Positions 60,262 through 64,000 of a stretch of 64,000 nucleotides of DNA are shown one piece after another. Position 1 is the first letter of the stretch, and every line of letters begins with the position of its first letter. Made by a program: the position numbers and the translations under genes. The DNA lies in contig CAWBYY010000008.1 in the NCBI GenBank assembly GCA_963793095.1, positions 10,644 through 74,643 on the forward strand, written 5' to 3'. The DNA comes from an uncultured Chloroflexia bacterium. GTDB taxonomy: Bacteria; Chloroflexota; Anaerolineae; Anaerolineales; UBA4823. The notes beneath the pieces are model-generated. The model worked only from the letters and a program-made list of their open reading frames with translations, searched no databases and was not told the DNA's origin.

Positions 60262-62406
60262 ATGACAGCGACCAGTGGATTTGAGGGTATCCCAGAGAAA
60301 AACCATCCCTCCAGAGAAGAGCCATACGCTTCCCGGATAAACCCACGCTGGCAGCCGCTGGTAAACCTGGCATGGGCGGCTGCCGCTATGATCGCCCTGG
60401 GGATATTCCTGATATCGATTCCAGCCTACCTGAATGCGCTCAACAGCCAGCATTTTCTGGCCGGAAGGGTTGAAGACCCGACCTGGTTGATCCAGGCGAT
60501 CAATATCACCGGGGGAATCGCGTCATTCGGAGCAGCAATTTTAAGCCTGCTCCTGGCGGCGATGCTATTTTTCAAATGGCCGTACGACTTGATGGCAGTG
60601 TTTGTCTCCTTCTATATTCTGGGCTACGGGATTGTTATGCCCGGTCCGCTGGAAGTGCTGGGACTGGTCAATTACGAAGGGTTTACTAGTATCGAGGCGC
60701 TGCTTTCAATCCTCTTCGTCATCCCCACCATTGCGCTTTTATGCATATTCCCGAGCGGCAGGTTTGCCCTGCGCTGGACCCGCTGGCTTGTGGTCGCGGC
60801 TTTTCTGTTGGCCCCCACCCTGCTGTTATTCCGATCTGAAAGCTGGTCTTCGGGGGGCAGCCCGCTTATCTGGGCGGTCACACTGGCCTGGATAATAATC
60901 CTGGGCGCCAGCCTGTATGCAATGGTTTACAGGTACAGGCGGATTTCAACCAGCGAACAAAAGCAGCAGACCAAATGGCTGGTGTACGGCGTGGTGGGAA
61001 TGATAATAATGATGCTGGTATTGACCATCCCGTGGATCTGGACCCTAAACCAGCCTCCGAGCACAGAATTCCCGTTATGGGCTCACCTGAGTTCAACGAT
61101 CTGGTTCCTGTCCATGAATATTCTGCCGGTTTCGCTAGCGATTTCAGTCAACCGCTCCATAACCTGGGATATCGATACAGTTTATAACCGCACGATTGTG
61201 TACGGGGTGCTCACTTTAATCACAATGCTGATCTATATTTTTATTGTCGGATATATCGGGGAAAAACTGCAGGCTGGGAACCGGTCTTTGATTGCATTTC
61301 TGGCAACGGGATTAGTGGCGGTCATCTTTCAGCCCCTGCGGGAAGTTCTGCAGAGGAGTGTAAATCGCCTAATGTACGGAGAAAGGGACGAGCCCTACAC
61401 AGTACTCACCCGGCTGAGCCGGCGTCTTGAAACCGTCGTGGCGACGGAGGAGGTACTCCCGGCGATCGTAGAGACCATCGCGAACGCATTAAAACTCCCT
61501 TATGTGGCGATAGAAGTTAGTGGGAAGAGTAGGGATAGAATCGCGGCATCATACGGCCTGGCCCGAGAATTAAATAAACCAGGGGTAAAAAAGCTGCCGC
61601 TGGTATACAGGGATGAAGCACTCGGCAGTCTGGTGCTGCAGCCGCGTTCAAATGAGCTTGAGTTTACCCGCTCTGAATTGAGAACAATGGTGGATATCGC
61701 CAGGCAAGTGGGTGTCGCGGTCCATGAGGTCCAGCTTAATAATGAACTGCGCCGGTCGCAGCAGCAGCTGGTCGTCGCCCGTGAAGAGGAAAGACGGCGG
61801 CTGAGGCGCGACTTGCATGACGAGCTGGGTCCGCAGCTGGCGAGCATGACATTAAAACTGGATGCAGCCGGCAACCTGGTTGAAAACCGCCCTGATCAGG
61901 CTAAAACGCTGCTGGACGAACTGAAAGACCAGACCCGGCTGGCGCTGGATGACATCCGCCGCATCGCCTATAACCTGCGCCCGCCTGCCCTGGACGAAAT
62001 GGGTCTGGTGCCGGCGCTGCGGGAACATTTCGCCACCCAGTACGAATCCAAGGGGACCCGGGTGAGCATTTATGCTCCCGAGCCGATGCCGCCTTTGCCG
62101 GCGGCGGTGGAGGTGGCAGCCTACCGCATCGCAATGGAGACGATATCCAACTGTCTGCAGCACGCCCGCGCCCAGAACTGCACCCTGCAAATAAGCGCCG
62201 GGAGTGACCTGCGCCTGGAAATCAGCGATGACGGGATAGGGCTGCCGGTAGAAGGAACCCCGGGGATTGGCCTGACAAGCATGAGGGAGAGAGCCAGCGA
62301 ACTGGGAGGCACGTTTGAACTTTACAGCCAGCCGGATGTGGGGACCAGGATCGCGGTTAACCTGCCGTTGGTTGATGCCGGGAGCATCTTATTGAAAGAG
62401 GGCTGA
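60262..62406 (+). CDS. Multi-TM GAF sensor histidine kinase (HisKA_3)
   Basis: EERRRLRRDLHDELGP, LRPPALDEMGL, DDGIG and GIGLTSMRERA motifs. Confidence 0.92.
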   Translation: MTATSGFEGIPEKNHPSREEPYASRINPRWQPLVNLAWAAAAMIALGIFLISIPAYLNALNSQHFLAGRVEDPTWLIQAINITGGIASFGAAILSLLLAAMLFFKWPYDLMAVFVSFYILGYGIVMPGPLEVLGLVNYEGFTSIEALLSILFVIPTIALLCIFPSGRFALRWTRWLVVAAFLLAPTLLLFRSESWSSGGSPLIWAVTLAWIIILGASLYAMVYRYRRISTSEQKQQTKWLVYGVVGMIIMMLVLTIPWIWTLNQPPSTEFPLWAHLSSTIWFLSMNILPVSLAISVNRSITWDIDTVYNRTIVYGVLTLITMLIYIFIVGYIGEKLQAGNRSLIAFLATGLVAVIFQPLREVLQRSVNRLMYGERDEPYTVLTRLSRRLETVVATEEVLPAIVETIANALKLPYVAIEVSGKSRDRIAASYGLARELNKPGVKKLPLVYRDEALGSLVLQPRSNELEFTRSELRTMVDIARQVGVAVHEVQLNNELRRSQQQLVVAREEERRRLRRDLHDELGPQLASMTLKLDAAGNLVENRPDQAKTLLDELKDQTRLALDDIRRIAYNLRPPALDEMGLVPALREHFATQYESKGTRVSIYAPEPMPPLPAAVEVAAYRIAMETISNCLQHARAQNCTLQISAGSDLRLEISDDGIGLPVEGTPGIGLTSMRERASELGGTFELYSQPDVGTRIAVNLPLVDAGSILLKEG

Positions 62407-62437
62407 TCAGGTCTGCTTGAATGGATAAAAACGTATT

Positions 62438-63094
62438 ATGGAAGAAATGAAGACAATTAGCGTTTTAATCGCGGATGACCACACCCTGTTCCGGGAGGGG
62501 GTGCTGGCAATCCTCAATACGGTTAACGATATTCAAGCAATCGCTGAGGCGGCGGATGGCCGGGAGGCTGTATCCAAAGCCGCTGAGCTGGAACCGGATG
62601 TAATCCTGATGGACATCCAGATGCCTGAACTTAACGGAATAGAGGCAACCCGGCTCATCCAGCAAAGCGGCCTGGATGCGGGAGTGATTATTTTAACCAT
62701 GTTTGAGGACGACGACTCAGTGTTTGCTGCTATGCGGGCGGGGGCGCTCGGCTATATTCTCAAAGGGGCTGACCAGGAGGAACTGCTGCGGGCAATCCGG
62801 GCGGTTTACAGCGGAGAAGCGATTTTCGGCCCGGCTATCGCAACCCGCATGATGAATTATTTCAGCGGGCTTAAACCGGATTCGGAACAGGAAGCTTACC
62901 CTGAGCTCACCGACCGCGAACGGGAGGTGCTGGATCGGATCGCCAGGGGAGAGAATAACGCTTCAATCGCCGGGGAATTGTCGATCAGCCAGAAGACAGT
63001 CCGTAACCATGTCTCAAACATTTTTAATAAACTGCAGGTCGCTGACCGGGCCCAGGCGATCGTCCAGGCAAGGGAGAAGGGCTTCGGGGGATAA
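62438..63094 (+). CDS. NarL/LuxR-family response regulator
   Basis: ADDH, MDIQMP, LTDREREVL and TVRNHVSNIFNKL motifs. Confidence 0.94.
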   Translation: MEEMKTISVLIADDHTLFREGVLAILNTVNDIQAIAEAADGREAVSKAAELEPDVILMDIQMPELNGIEATRLIQQSGLDAGVIILTMFEDDDSVFAAMRAGALGYILKGADQEELLRAIRAVYSGEAIFGPAIATRMMNYFSGLKPDSEQEAYPELTDREREVLDRIARGENNASIAGELSISQKTVRNHVSNIFNKLQVADRAQAIVQAREKGFGG

Positions 63095-63171
63095 ATCGCG
63101 AAAATGATTGAATTAACCAGATTAAAGATTTGAACCAGAAATTCCTGGAAACCGGGTAAATTCGGATTTAC

Positions 63172-64000
63172 TCAATTCCAGGCCAGGGAGCCCCGGGCCG
63201 CCCAGTACTCCTGTGGGGGTTCGACCAGGCCGGCAAGCCGGCTGATTGTTTCCTCATCCAGGTCAAGATCCAGGGCACCCAGGTTGGACTGCAGGTGCTC
63301 GACCCGGGCTGCGCCGCTCAGCACCACGTCCGCCCAGGGCTGGGCAAGCACAAAGGCCAGGGCCAAAGCATCTACGGATGTTCCAAGGCGCCCGGCTTCA
63401 CGGGCGAGTTTTTCAAGATCCCCGCCCGGATTCACCTGCTGGTTTTTGGCGGTCAGGCGCCCGTTGGCGACCGCCTCCTTTACAATCACCCCCACCCCTT
63501 CCCCGTGTGCCTCTTCCAAGCGCTTGAGTGGTGGACTGTTCCAGGATATTCCAGGTCACCTGGACGGAATCAAACAGGCGCGAGCCCTCAACCATGATCT
63601 CCAGAGCAGCCTTAATCACCTCAACCTGCTGCGGCCCGCTGACCGAAAAACCGACCAGGACCCCTTTTGATTTCAATTTGGCGAGTTCTTGGTGGACTTC
63701 ATTGTTCTCCAGCACACCGCTTTCAAAGGTGGCGGAATGGATCTGGTACAGGTCCAGGTAATTACCCAGGTTGGTCTGGCTCTCCCCCCACTGGCGCCGG
63801 AGAACGCCGGCGGAATGTTCTTTAACTTCGTGTACATCCGCATCCACCTGCCAGCCGGCGGTGTAGGTGTAACCCCATTTTGACCCAACTGCGACCGTGC
63901 CCGGATCGATCTTGCGCGATTCCAGCCAACCCCCCAGAAACTGCTCGGCTTTGCCGTATGAGCGGGCTGCATCGAAATAGCGGATACCGCCCCGGTAAGC
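63172..64000 (-). CDS. Aldo/keto reductase, 5'-truncated by the window edge and frameshifted at ~63520
   Basis: GIRYFDAARSYGKAE...SKWGYTYTAGW, LDLYQIHSAT, then KEAVANGRL...VLSGA in the adjacent frame. Confidence 0.87.

Overview
This is a bacterial chromosomal window. Gene content (STAND regulators, DegV, PPOX F420 enzymes, REP-like hairpins) suggests Chloroflexota/Anaerolineae, which is an inference. It holds about 65 mostly accessory or metabolic genes: an iron/cobalamin-type ABC transporter end, a Tm-1-like plus TIM-barrel pair, two STAND/TPR regulators, a sulfite-oxidase-family Mo enzyme, two two-component systems, xpt-guaA, a DtxR-feoAAB-feoC-like iron uptake operon with split feoB, a cold-shock gene and ctaB. 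No rRNA, tRNA, CRISPR array or transposase was seen. At least six otherwise intact genes carry single-base frameshifts, probably long-read errors. Most notable findings: (1) a SpoIIE/PP2C phosphatase with an N-terminal tyrosine-recombinase core-binding-like domain and a Cys-rich, AirS-like GAF; (2) a small membrane-anchored ORF with an in-frame TGA followed by a SECIS-like hairpin, a candidate new selenoprotein; (3) two tandem 79-aa proteins ending in I-x-P-C between the two STAND regulators; (4) a shared direct-repeat promoter box linking an OmpR-type system to a secreted target; (5) an orphan nirS 3' fragment; (6) several REP-like repeat families, one with compensatory stem changes.
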